From: Vulcanimicrobiota bacterium
GTDB taxonomy: Bacteria > Vulcanimicrobiota > Vulcanimicrobiia > Eremiobacterales > Eremiobacteraceae
Assembly: GCA_963812135.1 (NCBI GenBank)
Contig: CAWETU010000001.1
Location: 288,001-352,000 of the forward strand
Direction: 5' to 3'
Length of the DNA: 64,000 nt
Positions within the stretch are counted from its first letter, which is position 1, and every line of letters begins with the position of its first letter. The notes beneath the pieces are model-generated. The model had not been told where the DNA came from and did no database searches. It saw only the letters and a list, made by a program, of their open reading frames with translations. This document shows positions 34,937 through 46,442 of this stretch, in pieces. Position numbers and translations under genes: made by a program.

Positions 34937-35730
34937 CGTCATTCTTGAGACTGGGAGCGTGGCGGTCGCGCTTCCTTCGCCAACTTCCGGTGCGATGCAT
35001 CCAGGTTAGCCCCTCAATATTTCGTCAACGATCACGGATGCGTGGCATGCGAGGGACGCATCCTCGCGGTTGGCCTATCCGCGCTTCAAGTCGCGAATCC
35101 GAAACACGGGATATGCGTATGTCGACGCCATCCAGCGCGCGCGCTATGCGGATTGGAAAGGACGGTATGCGGAGGCCGCTACACTGTACGAGCGTGCCAT
35201 GAAAGAAACAACACTCACGGGAGTGTCGTTGGACTCCATGATCAGGCAACCATACAGCATCGCGCTCTTCCGCGCAGGCGATGTGTCCGCAGCCAAAGCC
35301 CAGTGGCGGATACTCCAAAAACAAAACGTGCAGATCGATTCGGCAACCCGGGAAACGATAGCAGGCGACTACCAAGCAGCATTTACGGACTACGCGAGGA
35401 CGCTGAGCCATACGAGTTCGAACCCGATGTTCCTCGAAAAACTCCGGCGCATTGTACAATCTTCCAGCGCGGCCTCAATGCGGCGGAGGAAGCAAGATAT
35501 GGAGACGCGCGGACGTAGTTGCGCTATGCAGCGAAAGTGTTCAGGGCAATACTTGATGTCGAGCCGCATTCGTGCTCAGAGTAATAAGTACTATGAAAGG
35601 GGAGGTCACCGAGGCCAACAAGGAGTGGTTGAACGCGCTAGAGGGAGATGTGCCCGTGCCACCGCCGCCGTTGGGCATTTCACAAGCGCAGAGCGACGCC
35701 TTACGTGCTGCTCCACTACAACTGAAGACG
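34933..35730 (+). pseudogene. Fragmented TPR-like gene
   Basis: Helical-repeat-like fragments in three frames (GRYAEAATLYERA; ALFRAGDVSAAKAQW; FQRGLNAAEEARYGDA; GEVTEANKEWLNAL); composition less GC-rich than the flanks. Confidence 0.45.
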
Positions 35731-36915
35731 TTAGGGGCGGTATGCCGCGAGCGCTTTCTTCATGCGCTTGAGCGCTTCGCGCAGGTTTTCTTCGGATGCC
35801 GCGTACGACATCCTGATGAACCCGCGGCCGTTGGGTCCGAACGTCGAGCCGGCGAGCACCGCGACGTTGCCCTCTTCCAATAGGTAGTTGGCGAGCTTGA
35901 GATCGTCGCGCTCGATCGCCGACACGTTCGGGAAGACGTAGAACGCGCCGCCCGGCATCTGACACGTCACACCGGGGATGCCGCACAGGCCCTCCACCAA
36001 GATCTTACGGCGGCGGCGGAACTCTTCGCGCATGGCTTGCACGGGCCGGTCGTCGCCTTGCAATGCTTCGACGCCCGCGTCTTGCACGAACGTCGTCGTG
36101 CACGAAACGGTGTTGAGCATGAGCGCGCCCACCGCGTCGGCGATGTATTTCGGATAGACGCCGAAACCGAGACGCCAACCGGTCATCGCCCACGCCTTTG
36201 AAAAACCATCCACCAGGATCGTGCGTTCGGGCATCGCTGCGAGCCCGTAGTACGACGCGAATTCCTTGTCGTAGCAGTGGCGGTTGTAGATCTCGTCGCT
36301 GATCACGAGGATGTCGTGCTTGCGCACGATCTCCGCGATCGCGAAGATGTCCTCGTTGGTCAAGATGCCGCCGGTCGGGTTATGCGGTGAATTGAGCACG
36401 AGGATTTTGGTCTTGGGTGTGATGGCGGCTTCGAGCGCGGCCGGATCGAGCCGGAACTGTTTGCTTTCGAGCAGTGGCACCGACACAGGCACGGCGTTCA
36501 CATAGGTGACGATCGAGCGATAGGCGGGATACGCCGGGTCTGGGATGACGACTTCATCGCCGGGATCGAGTAGCGCCATCAACGTGAACGCGATCGTCGG
36601 TTTTGCGCCCGGGCTCACCACGACGTTCTCGCGCGTGACGTCGATGCCGCGCGTTTTGGTCACGTGCTTTGCGATGGCGTCGCGCAGCTCGGCGATGCCA
36701 GACGCAGGCGTGTAGTGCGTCCGGTTCTGACGGATCGACGCGATGCCGGCTTCCTTGACGTGTTCGGGCGTGTCGAAATCGGGCTCGCCGATCTCCAAAT
36801 GGATGATGTTGCGGCCCTCGGCTTCGAGCGCGCGGGCTCGCGCGAGCACCACAAAGGCGCTCTCGGTGCCCAAACGGCTCATCGAGGCGGCGAGCGAAAA
36901 AGTCGTCGTCTGCAT
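35731..36915 (-). CDS. Class I/II PLP-dependent aminotransferase (AspAT-like)
   Basis: IGEPDF, NSPHNPTG, SDEIY, GFSKAWAMTGWRLG, GAFY. Confidence 0.93.
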   Translation of the reverse strand: MQTTTFSLAASMSRLGTESAFVVLARARALEAEGRNIIHLEIGEPDFDTPEHVKEAGIASIRQNRTHYTPASGIAELRDAIAKHVTKTRGIDVTRENVVVSPGAKPTIAFTLMALLDPGDEVVIPDPAYPAYRSIVTYVNAVPVSVPLLESKQFRLDPAALEAAITPKTKILVLNSPHNPTGGILTNEDIFAIAEIVRKHDILVISDEIYNRHCYDKEFASYYGLAAMPERTILVDGFSKAWAMTGWRLGFGVYPKYIADAVGALMLNTVSCTTTFVQDAGVEALQGDDRPVQAMREEFRRRRKILVEGLCGIPGVTCQMPGGAFYVFPNVSAIERDDLKLANYLLEEGNVAVLAGSTFGPNGRGFIRMSYAASEENLREALKRMKKALAAYRP

Positions 36916-36997
36916 AGTGCGCTGGAGTTTCGGGAGCCCGAAAGAATGTCCCTAGTGTCGCGGTTGTCGCTAGTCGTGACGTCGTTTCATTTGGGGG

Positions 36998-37600
36998 CTA
37001 TGCGCCGGGCTGCGTTTCGTCGCCGAGCATTGAGCTGTCTTTCGTCGTGCGCGCCTCGCGGAGACGTTGCCTCGCATTGACCTGATCAAAGCCGAGTCTC
37101 TGCGCCCGTTTCAAGACGCCGTCGTAAAGATGTTCGAAGTTGTCCCAAAGCTTCGGGTTCAGCGCGCGCCGATGCACGGCCACCACATCTGCCAGACCCT
37201 CCCACGTATCGATCACCCGCCCTGAGGCGAGGTGATAGATGAGATCGGCATCAAGAAGCTCTTGCTCGACGTACATGCCGACCCGCTCGAACGTCCTCAA
37301 GATGATCAGCTCTTTGTGCACGTTCTCATCGGCGCGTCCGACGATTTCGAGCTCCTTGCGGAACTTCGGATCGCTCATCCGTTCGGGCAATTCGTTGAGG
37401 ACGAAGCGCCGCGCGTCAAGGAACGTGGGGCTGGCGAGCTCGGCGAAGATGACGTTGGCGGCGTCGAGCTGCGACGCGCGTCGAAGTTGGCGCAGCTGGT
37501 CGACCGTCGTCCGCAGCTGATGCCATCCGACGACGACGGTGAAGAAGATGACCAGGCCGGTGAAGACCGTGCCGATTGCGGTGACCGCTTCCCAATTCAC
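36998..37600 (-). CDS. DUF4760-like membrane-anchored protein
   Basis: RBS AAGGAG; N-terminal TM then QLRQLRR..., FERVGMYV..ELLD, WDNFEHL pattern. Confidence 0.6.
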   Translation of the reverse strand: MNWEAVTAIGTVFTGLVIFFTVVVGWHQLRTTVDQLRQLRRASQLDAANVIFAELASPTFLDARRFVLNELPERMSDPKFRKELEIVGRADENVHKELIILRTFERVGMYVEQELLDADLIYHLASGRVIDTWEGLADVVAVHRRALNPKLWDNFEHLYDGVLKRAQRLGFDQVNARQRLREARTTKDSSMLGDETQPGA

Positions 37601-37610
37601 GAATCGCTCC

Positions 37611-39521
37611 TTAGTCGTGGATGCCGTTGCCGGCTGGGCCCTCGCGGCTGAGATGGTAGTAGTACTCGACGATGGCTTGCGCGACCGGCGCCGCGTTGAC
37701 CGCGCCGAAGCCGCCGCTCTTCTCCATGAACACGACCACCGCGATCTGCGGATGATCGTACGGCGCGAAGCACACGAACCATGCGTGGTTGCGGCCTTCG
37801 GGATTGTCGAGCGTGCGCACGTTCTCGACGGTGCCGGTCTTGCCGGCGAAATGGAATCCAGGGATCACGATGTTGTGCGCGGTGCCATACGGACTTTCGA
37901 TCGCGCCAAGCATGCCTTGGCGCACGAGATCGAGATCGCCGGCCGGCACCGGCACGTGTCCTTCGACGTATGGCTCGGTGCGCGTCGCGACATGGCCATG
38001 CGCATCGCGGACGTCGGCGAGCAGATAGGGCCGGTAGAGCGTACCGCCGTTGGCGACGGCCGTCGCCACGCGCAGCAGTTGGATCGGCGACACCTCGACA
38101 TACCCTTGGCCGATCGCCATGTTGACCGTATCGCCCGCGTACCACTGGTCGTCGTAGACTTTCTTCTTCCATTGCGGCGTCGGCAGCGTGCCGCTCGTCT
38201 CGCCTGGCAGGTCGATGCCGGTGACGGACCCGACGCCATACGCGCTCGCGAACCTGTCCAGACGGGTGATCCCGAGCTCGAACCCTACCTTATAGAAGAA
38301 GACGTCGCACGAGCGGGCGATCGCGTCCCGGATGGTAAGCGCGCCGTGCCCGCCCGCGGCGTCGTCGTTGAACACCACACCCAAGTCGAAATAGCCGGGG
38401 CAATACCGCACGCTGTCTGCGGTGAGCACCCCGCTGGCCAGCGCGGCGGAACTCGTGATCATCTTGAAGGTAGAACCGGTCGGATACTTGCCGGCGATCG
38501 CGCGCGTGAACAGCGGCTTGAGAGGATCGTTCAGATATGCATCATAGCGCGCCTCGGTGATCGGCAACGCGAAATCGTTCGGGTTCACGTTCGGCTGGCT
38601 CACCAACGCGAGGATCGCGCCGCTGTTGACGTCTTCGACGATCGCCGCGCCCGCGACGCGATGGCCGATGCGCGACGCGATGACGCGGATCTGCCGATCC
38701 ATCGCTGCTTCGGCTGCGCGCTGTAACCGCCAGTCGACCGTTAGGTCGAGACTGTTGCCGGGCACCGCCTCGCGCTCGCCCAGCGTGGCGACCGCCTGCC
38801 CCGCGGAGTTGACCTTGATCGCGCGTCCGCCGCTTTCGCCGCGCATCGCCTGGTCGTACGTGAATTCCAGCCCCTCTTTGCCGATCGTGTCGCTCGGGCC
38901 ATAGCCGAGCGGCTTGCGCGCCTCGTACTCATCTTGGGTGATCCTGCCGACGTAGCCGAGGATATGCGAGCCGATCGTGCCGTACGGATAGTGCCGCACG
39001 GGCACCAACTCGACCGCCATGCCGGCGAGCCGGTCCGCTCGTTCCGAAAAACGCGCGACGGTTGCGGGATTGAGGTCGCCCGCGATCGTGATGGGACCGA
39101 GCGGCACCGCACCTGCGAGCGCGTCGAACGTCGGGTACGTGACGCCGTTGTAACGCAGCAGCCGTTTCCACAGCGACTGCGGCGTGACGTGCAGGATGCC
39201 GGCGAGCTCGTCGATCTCCGAGCTCGGGTCCGCGACCTGCATCGGCACGACCTGGACGACGAACGAGGGGCGATTGGCGACGACGATGACGCCGCGCCGA
39301 TCGTACATGACGCCGCGCGGCGCGGTGAGCGGAATCGTGCGCAACTGGTTCTGATCCGCCAGCGTCTCGTACGCGGCGCCGTGCACGAGCTGCACGTCCG
39401 CCAAGCGCCACACCAGCACGGCGATGACGATCGCCACGCCGCCGACGAAAACCAACACGCGCGGGAGCTGCGCCCGCTCTCCGCTCTCCTCGGGTCCGGA
39501 ATGTCCCCACAGTCCTTGCAT
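37611..39521 (-). CDS. mrdA: Penicillin-binding protein 2 (class B)
   Basis: APRG.MYDRRG, GSTFK (SxxK), SCD (SxN variant), KTGT; follows mreD. Confidence 0.93.
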   Translation of the reverse strand: MQGLWGHSGPEESGERAQLPRVLVFVGGVAIVIAVLVWRLADVQLVHGAAYETLADQNQLRTIPLTAPRGVMYDRRGVIVVANRPSFVVQVVPMQVADPSSEIDELAGILHVTPQSLWKRLLRYNGVTYPTFDALAGAVPLGPITIAGDLNPATVARFSERADRLAGMAVELVPVRHYPYGTIGSHILGYVGRITQDEYEARKPLGYGPSDTIGKEGLEFTYDQAMRGESGGRAIKVNSAGQAVATLGEREAVPGNSLDLTVDWRLQRAAEAAMDRQIRVIASRIGHRVAGAAIVEDVNSGAILALVSQPNVNPNDFALPITEARYDAYLNDPLKPLFTRAIAGKYPTGSTFKMITSSAALASGVLTADSVRYCPGYFDLGVVFNDDAAGGHGALTIRDAIARSCDVFFYKVGFELGITRLDRFASAYGVGSVTGIDLPGETSGTLPTPQWKKKVYDDQWYAGDTVNMAIGQGYVEVSPIQLLRVATAVANGGTLYRPYLLADVRDAHGHVATRTEPYVEGHVPVPAGDLDLVRQGMLGAIESPYGTAHNIVIPGFHFAGKTGTVENVRTLDNPEGRNHAWFVCFAPYDHPQIAVVVFMEKSGGFGAVNAAPVAQAIVEYYYHLSREGPAGNGIHD

Positions 39522-40075
39522 CAGCGCCGCGACCACCAGCGCAGTGCGACCACGACAAGCAGTGCGATCGCGCAGTTGAGCACGACTTCCCAGGCGGTCG
39601 CATGCGCGAGCCGGTGGTAGGTGCCGCGATCGCCGAACGCGACCTCGAGCACGACGTACGTCACCGCGCTGCGCACGACCGTGCCCGCCGCCACTGCGCC
39701 GACGACCGCCATCGGCGAGTCGGCGAAGAAGCGGCTGCTCAAAAGACCAGATAAGAATCCGACGAGCGTCATGCCGAGCACGCTTGCGCCGCCGCCGCCG
39801 AGCGCGTCTTCGAGCGCGCCGCCGAGCAATCCGAGCCAGCCGCCCGTCGTCGGTCCACAGCGCAAACCCGTCCACACGACGAGCACCGTGAGCAGGCTGG
39901 GCTGCGCGCCGCGCAGCGTCCACGCGTGCGCGAACGTCACCTGCAAGAGTACGGCGAGCGCGGCGAGCGCGAGCAGCCACGAGAAGCCCGGCGCGGCTGC
40001 CGCACCGGCGTCGACCGGCCGTTGCGGTCCGAACAGAACGCGTGGTGGTCCGCTGCGCACGATGTCGAAGTTCAT
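39521..40075 (-). CDS. mreD: Rod shape-determining protein MreD
   Basis: Hydrophobic protein with QPSL..GLLGGALED; between mreC and mrdA; ATG overlaps the mreC stop. Confidence 0.85.
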   Translation of the reverse strand: MNFDIVRSGPPRVLFGPQRPVDAGAAAAPGFSWLLALAALAVLLQVTFAHAWTLRGAQPSLLTVLVVWTGLRCGPTTGGWLGLLGGALEDALGGGGASVLGMTLVGFLSGLLSSRFFADSPMAVVGAVAAGTVVRSAVTYVVLEVAFGDRGTYHRLAHATAWEVVLNCAIALLVVVALRWWSRR

Positions 40076-40835
40076 GGCGACGTGTAGACGAGCACGCGCA
40101 CGAGCGAATGGAAGTCGACCGCAGGCTCGAGCACCGCGGTCTGATAGAGCGCGTTGTCCTTGCGGTCGATCTCGCGCACCGTGCCGATCGCGATGCCGCT
40201 CGGATAGATCTCGCCTCGGCCGGTCACGACGACGTCGCCGGGCTGTAGCTTGGCGTTCTGATCGATGTACTTCATCTTGGCGTGCAGCCACGTACCGGTC
40301 ACGATGCCCCACGAACGCGAGCGCGCGAGATACGCGGGCACGGCGCTCTCAGGATCGATGACCAGCAGCACGCGCGCCTCGTGCGGCCCCGTGCTCAACA
40401 CGTGTCCGACCAGACCGTCGCCGCTGACCACGACGCTATCGCGGTGCACGCCGTCGCGCGAACCACGGTCGATGGTCACCTCGCGCCGCGTCGATTCGGG
40501 GACGTAGCCGACGACTTCGGCCACGATTGCGTCGCCTGGCAGTGTCTGTTTGATCTGCAAGAGGCGGCGCAGCTCGCGATTTTCAGCGGCGTCCGCGCGC
40601 AGCCGCTCGTTGGCGGCGGCGAGCCGGCCCGCCTTGTCCTGCAGCGTTTGGTTCTGCGCCGCGAACTCGCCGGCGTGCAGCAGATTGTGCGCCTCTGTGC
40701 CCACCGCGTCGACCGCGCGCGTCAAGCCGCTCTGCAGCGGCGTGAAGATCGCGCCGGCCGCGATGTCGATCGGGCTTTGCCGCCCGTTTCTGGTTGCGTC
40801 GATTTCCAGCAGCGCGATGCTCGCGGCCACGATGA

Positions 40836-41942
<1,107 letters not shown>

Positions 41943-41945
41943 GTG

Positions 41946-42557
41946 TTAGAGCAGTTCGTATCCTAAAGAAGCAAACGCGCGCCCCAGGCGCGCGAGCGGC
42001 AGTCCCATGACGGTGTAGAAGTCCCCGTCGATGGATGCGACAAGCAGCGCGCCCCGACCTTGGATGCCATACGCGCCGGCCTTGTCCATCGGCTCGCCGG
42101 TCGCGACATAGCGTGCGATCTGCGCGTCGTCGAGCGGTTCGAACGTGACGCGCGTCGACTCCACGCCGCTGACCGTGCGGCCGATAGCTCGATCGGTCAC
42201 CGCGAAACCCGTGTGCACCTCGTGGCGGCGGCCCGACAGCCGGCGCAACATGGCGGCCGCTTCCGCAGCATCGCGCGGTTTGCCGAGGATGTCGCCGTCG
42301 ATGACGACAGCGGTGTCCGCGGCCACGAGCAACGGCGGACCACCGGGATCGGCCTGCACCGCCTTGCCCAACGCGTGCGCGAGCACGAGTTCGAGCGGAT
42401 CGTCATATTCTTCGTGATGCGCGTCTTCGTCGTAGCGGCTCTTGACGACGACCACCTCGATGTCGAGGCTTTCGAGCAGTTGGCGGCGGCGCGGCGAGAT
42501 CGAGGCGAGCGCGACGGTCAATCTGGTGGCGCGTTCCTTGAACGCGCCTTCATTCAT
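41946..42557 (-). CDS. maf: Maf nucleotide pyrophosphatase
   Basis: LASISPRR, AADT, LGKP, EPMDKAGAYGIQG, VMGLP. Confidence 0.95.
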   Translation of the reverse strand: MNEGAFKERATRLTVALASISPRRRQLLESLDIEVVVVKSRYDEDAHHEEYDDPLELVLAHALGKAVQADPGGPPLLVAADTAVVIDGDILGKPRDAAEAAAMLRRLSGRRHEVHTGFAVTDRAIGRTVSGVESTRVTFEPLDDAQIARYVATGEPMDKAGAYGIQGRGALLVASIDGDFYTVMGLPLARLGRAFASLGYELL

Positions 42558-42972
42558 ACGTCTGGCCGTTCACCTTGATGAAGCCTGGCGGATGACGCCC
42601 GCTCGGATCGTGATGCGTCCAGTGGATGACTGGACCGGTCCGGTCAATTTCGAGATCGCCGTGGACGACCACCTCATCGCCTTCTTTGAGCGGCACTTCC
42701 GGGGCGATGTCGATGTTGTGCGCGACAAGGATCAACTGCTCGTCGCCGTTGCCGGAGTGCACGTCGATGACGAAGTTTTCGTGCCGGCCGGTCGCGCTCG
42801 TGCTCTGCCGCAACACTTGGGCCACGGTGCCCTGCACAGTCACCTCTTGTCCGCTGCGGTGCTGTTGCACGTCTTGAACGGCGGCCAAGTTGTCTGGTTG
42901 GTCAGAACCGGCCGAACACGCCGCCAACGCGAACGCGGCGAGCAAGGCGCACGCGATGCCAAAACGCCTCAT
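42550..42972 (-). CDS. DUF3465 family lipoprotein
   Basis: Lipobox LAAC; VAHNIDIAP, VIHWTHHDPSGRHPPG. Confidence 0.8.
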   Translation of the reverse strand: MRRFGIACALLAAFALAACSAGSDQPDNLAAVQDVQQHRSGQEVTVQGTVAQVLRQSTSATGRHENFVIDVHSGNGDEQLILVAHNIDIAPEVPLKEGDEVVVHGDLEIDRTGPVIHWTHHDPSGRHPPGFIKVNGQTYE

Positions 42973-44288
42973 ACGTCAAGATCCAGCATGTGGCCGAGCG
43001 ATTCGCGTCGGGCGATGAGTTTCGCCTGCCCGGCGCGCGCCAGGACGACCGCCGGACGCGGAAACCGGTTGTAGTTGCTGGCCATCGAGTACGTGTAGGC
43101 GCCGGTGTTGTGCACCGCGAGCAGGTCGCCGGGTTGCGGGTCGTCGAGGGTCACGTCTGGGAAGAGACGGTCCGCCTCGCAGTGCCGGCCGAAGACGGTG
43201 AAGACGTCGCCGGCGGTGGTGTTGGCCGCACTCCGTGTCGCCGGTTCTTGCATCCCGCCGTTCCGCAAGAGCGTCACGTCGTAGCGCGCATCGTACAACG
43301 CCGGTCGCGGGTTGTCCGACAAACCGCCGTCGACGATGAGCGCGCGCGTGCCGTCCGGCAGCGTCTTGCGCACGCCGATCGTGTAGAGCGACGTACCGGC
43401 TTGGGTGACGAGCGCTCGTCCGGGCTCGACGACGATCTGAGGCCGTGTCACTCCTTCGACGGCGAAGTAGCGCTCGAAGGCGTCGAAGACGACGGCCGCC
43501 CATTGCTCCGGCGTGGGCGCCGACTCGCCACGCTCGGAGACGCCGATGCCACCGCCGATGTCGACGACGCCGAACTCGACGCCGCTGCTCTCTCGAACAT
43601 CGCGCGCAAAGCAGCCGAGCGCCGCGATCTCCTCTTCGTATTTGGCAAGATCGTCGATGCGCGAACCGATGTGGCAATGGATGCCGGCCAGCGCAAGGCC
43701 GGGCGCGTCCATCGCGAGCTTGATCGCCGCGGCGGCCTGTCCATCGGCGATCGCAAAGCCGAACTTGGAATCCGGTCCGCTCGTCTGCACGTGCTCGTGC
43801 GTGTCCGTCGCGATCTCCGGGTTGACGCGCACGAGCACGGCCTGCTTCTTTCGATGCGCGCGCGCGGCTTCGTCGAGCGCAGCGATCTCGTCGCGGTGAT
43901 CGACGACGACGTAGCGCACGCCGGTTGACACGGCGAGCTCGATCTCCTCATGCGTCTTGAAGCAGCCGTGCATGAGACATCGATCCGGCGCAAGGCCGGC
44001 ATGCAGCGCCGTCTGGAGCTCGCCGGCGGAACAGACGTCGACGGCGAGGCCTTCGTCGGCCGCGATGCGCACGATCGCCTTGAGCATGAGCGCTTTTGCA
44101 GCGTAGGTCACGTCGGCGGTGCGGAACGCATCGCGAAACGCCGCCATCCGCGAACGCAGAATCCCCTCGTCGATGACCAGCAGCGGCGTGCCGTAGCGCC
44201 GCGCGAGATCGAATGCGTCGCAGCCGCCGAGCGCGGCGTCGACCGTATGTTCGCCATTGTGGGCCTGGGCGTCTGCGCGTATACTCAA
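42969..44288 (-). CDS. lysA: Diaminopimelate decarboxylase
   Basis: YGTPL, YAAKA, SKFG, HCHIGS, DIGGG, EPGRA, HCE, GAY..SMASNYN. Confidence 0.93.
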   Translation of the reverse strand: MSIRADAQAHNGEHTVDAALGGCDAFDLARRYGTPLLVIDEGILRSRMAAFRDAFRTADVTYAAKALMLKAIVRIAADEGLAVDVCSAGELQTALHAGLAPDRCLMHGCFKTHEEIELAVSTGVRYVVVDHRDEIAALDEAARAHRKKQAVLVRVNPEIATDTHEHVQTSGPDSKFGFAIADGQAAAAIKLAMDAPGLALAGIHCHIGSRIDDLAKYEEEIAALGCFARDVRESSGVEFGVVDIGGGIGVSERGESAPTPEQWAAVVFDAFERYFAVEGVTRPQIVVEPGRALVTQAGTSLYTIGVRKTLPDGTRALIVDGGLSDNPRPALYDARYDVTLLRNGGMQEPATRSAANTTAGDVFTVFGRHCEADRLFPDVTLDDPQPGDLLAVHNTGAYTYSMASNYNRFPRPAVVLARAGQAKLIARRESLGHMLDLDV

Positions 44289-44344
44289 GGAGCTAAGAGT
44301 CCAATCGTACCGATCATTCTATTGATGTCGTGAGGTCACGTCCA

Positions 44345-44497
44345 TTGAGCGATTCCCACGATTCGCGCCGCCTCATCCGCGCGGCGGGTAATATCCGCAT
44401 CCTGCTGCTCGGGTTGCCCGGCCCGGCCGGTGCGAAGAGAGCGACGCGACCGATTGCGACGGGGACGTTCTCATTCCCCGCGCTGAGCGCCAACTAG
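44345..44497 (+). CDS. Small hypothetical protein (50 aa)
   Basis: GAGGT RBS 8 nt before TTG; MSDSHDSRRLIRAAGNIRILLLGLPGPAGAKRATRPIATGTFSFPALSAN*; stop lies 1 nt from the convergent nadD stop. Confidence 0.45.
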   Translation: MSDSHDSRRLIRAAGNIRILLLGLPGPAGAKRATRPIATGTFSFPALSAN

Positions 44498-44498
44498 A

Positions 44499-45104
44499 CT
44501 AACTCCGGTAGAGCCGCCGCGTTTCGATGAGGCGCCCGACGTCGTCGGGGGTCAAATAGCGTATAGGTTGTCCGAGCTTGACGCGATCGCGTATGACGCT
44601 GGCCGAGACGTCCACCAACGGCAGGTCGAGCACTTCGAAACGGGCTTGTAGCTTCGCCGGCAGATCGCCGATGATCCCCGCGATATCCTCGGTCCGCGCG
44701 CCTTCGCGCCGCACGACGTAGAAACGCGCGAGCGCGGCGGCGACTTCATCGAGCCGGCGCCAGCGGCTCACCGTAAGCGAGTCGACGCCTGCGATGAAAT
44801 GCAGCTCGTCGCCCGGATATTTGGCGCGCATGAGCGCAAGCGTGTCGGCCGTATAGACCGGTCCGGTCTGCTCGAGGGCCGTGGTGTCGATGGCGAACAT
44901 CGGATTGTCCTTGATCGCCGCTTCGATCATCGCGAGCCGGTCTGCAGCGCCGGCGTGGACGGCACGATGCGCCGGATCCCCGACCGGCACGAAAAGCACG
45001 CGGTCGAGGTGCGCCGCCGCTCGGACCGCCTCGGCGATGAAGAGATGGCCGTAGTGGATCGGGTCGAACGTGCCGCCGAGCAGACCGAGGCGCGCGCCGC
45101 TCAC
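44499..45104 (-). CDS. nadD: Nicotinate-nucleotide adenylyltransferase
   Basis: GGTFDPIHYGH, YTADTL, VSASVIR. Confidence 0.95.
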   Translation of the reverse strand: MSGARLGLLGGTFDPIHYGHLFIAEAVRAAAHLDRVLFVPVGDPAHRAVHAGAADRLAMIEAAIKDNPMFAIDTTALEQTGPVYTADTLALMRAKYPGDELHFIAGVDSLTVSRWRRLDEVAAALARFYVVRREGARTEDIAGIIGDLPAKLQARFEVLDLPLVDVSASVIRDRVKLGQPIRYLTPDDVGRLIETRRLYRS

Positions 45105-46366
45105 GAGTGCACGAATTCCCGAACGCCGACGCGGACCGTGTCGCCGGCGCGCAGACCGAGCTTCTCGAGCTTTCGCAACGCGCCGCTGCGCGCGAGCGCG
45201 CGCGCGAAGAACGCTTTGCCTTCGTCGGTGTCAAGATCGGTCATCTGCGCGAGGCGCTCGAGGCTCGCGCCCGCGACGCGAAACGCTGTGCCTTCTTTCG
45301 ACACTTCGACGCGGCGCCGCGAGCTCGAAGGCTTCGGACGCAGCACGACCGCGTCGACCGGCGCTTCCCGCGTGAGCGCCGTGGCGCGCGCCTCCACGAT
45401 CGCGGCATACGCAGCTGCCATCAATGGCTTGACGCCTTGCCCGGTGGCGGCGGAAATGGCGAAGACTTTTTCTTTCGTCGTCGCCTCGACCGCGGCGAGC
45501 ACATCTTTGGCGCTCGGAAGATCCATCTTAGAGACGACGAGGATGCGGCGCTCTTTCAAGAGCGCGGGGTTCCACGCGCCAAGCTCCGCCTCGATCATCG
45601 CGCGTTGCGCGAGCGCGTCGTCCGGCGGCAACCCGCCGTCGATCAGGTGGATGAGGACGCGCGTCCGCTCGACATGGCGCAAGAACTTGTCGCCGAGGCC
45701 GGCGCCGGCGCTCGCGCCCTCGATCAGCCCAGGCACGTCGACGAGCACGAAGTTCGCGTCGATGTCGATCTGCACGACGCCCAATTGCGGCTCGAGGGTC
45801 GTGAACGGATAGTCGGCGATCTTCGGCCGCGCGGCGGACACGCTCGCAAGCAGTGTGGACTTGCCTGCGTTGGGCGCGCCGACGATGCCCGCATCGGCGA
45901 GCAGCTTGAGTTGGAGATCGAGCATGCGCTCTTCGCCGGGCTCGCCCTTTTGCGCGAAGCGTGGCGACTGGTTCACCGACGTCGCGAAGTGCTGATTGCC
46001 GAGTCCGCCACGGCCGCCGCGCGCGACGCAGATGCGCGCGCCGGCGTCACGCACGTCGGCGATGAGCTGGCCGCTTTCGTGCACGAGCGTGCCGAGCGGC
46101 ACGGGGATGATGATGTCGTCGGCGTCTTTGCCATGGCAGTTGTCGATGCCGCCGTTCTCGCCGTTGCGCGCGTGAAACGAGCGCTTGTGGCGGAAATCGA
46201 GCAGCGTCGTCCGTTGCGGATCGCCTTCGACGTAGACGGAACCGCCGCGGCCGCCGTCGCCGCCGCTGGGTCCGCCGCGAGGCACGTACTTCTCGCGACG
46301 GAACGCCACAGCGCCGCCGCCGCCGTTGCCGCCGCGTACCGAGATGTGCGCTTCGTCTACGAACAT
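45101..46366 (-). CDS. obgE: GTPase ObgE/CgtA
   Basis: MFVDEA, FRREKYVPRGGPSGGDGG, GAPNAGKST, YPFTTL, DVPG; DUF1967-type C-terminus. Confidence 0.97.
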   Translation of the reverse strand: MFVDEAHISVRGGNGGGGAVAFRREKYVPRGGPSGGDGGRGGSVYVEGDPQRTTLLDFRHKRSFHARNGENGGIDNCHGKDADDIIIPVPLGTLVHESGQLIADVRDAGARICVARGGRGGLGNQHFATSVNQSPRFAQKGEPGEERMLDLQLKLLADAGIVGAPNAGKSTLLASVSAARPKIADYPFTTLEPQLGVVQIDIDANFVLVDVPGLIEGASAGAGLGDKFLRHVERTRVLIHLIDGGLPPDDALAQRAMIEAELGAWNPALLKERRILVVSKMDLPSAKDVLAAVEATTKEKVFAISAATGQGVKPLMAAAYAAIVEARATALTREAPVDAVVLRPKPSSSRRRVEVSKEGTAFRVAGASLERLAQMTDLDTDEGKAFFARALARSGALRKLEKLGLRAGDTVRVGVREFVHS

Positions 46367-46385
46367 GTGCTAGCTACTTCGCTCG

Positions 46386-46417
46386 AAAAACAAAAAACCC
46401 GCATCGCGTGCGGGTTT
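46386..46417 (-). terminator. Intrinsic terminator after rpmA
   Basis: AAACCCGCA-cgcga-TGCGGGTTTTTTGTTTTT on the minus strand. Confidence 0.75.
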
Positions 46418-46442
46418 CGCTCGGGGAAAACCGGCGTTGGAT

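Noticed and set aside
37611..39980. 789-aa MreD-PBP2 fusion suggested by the ORF track
   Set aside because: The upstream part is an off-frame read of mreD; mrdA starts at ATG 39521 next to the mreD stop
44289..44498. Possible lysine riboswitch upstream of lysA
   Set aside because: No AGAGGNGC / GCCGA L-box landmarks; the gap is better explained by a plus-strand small ORF and a short lysA leader
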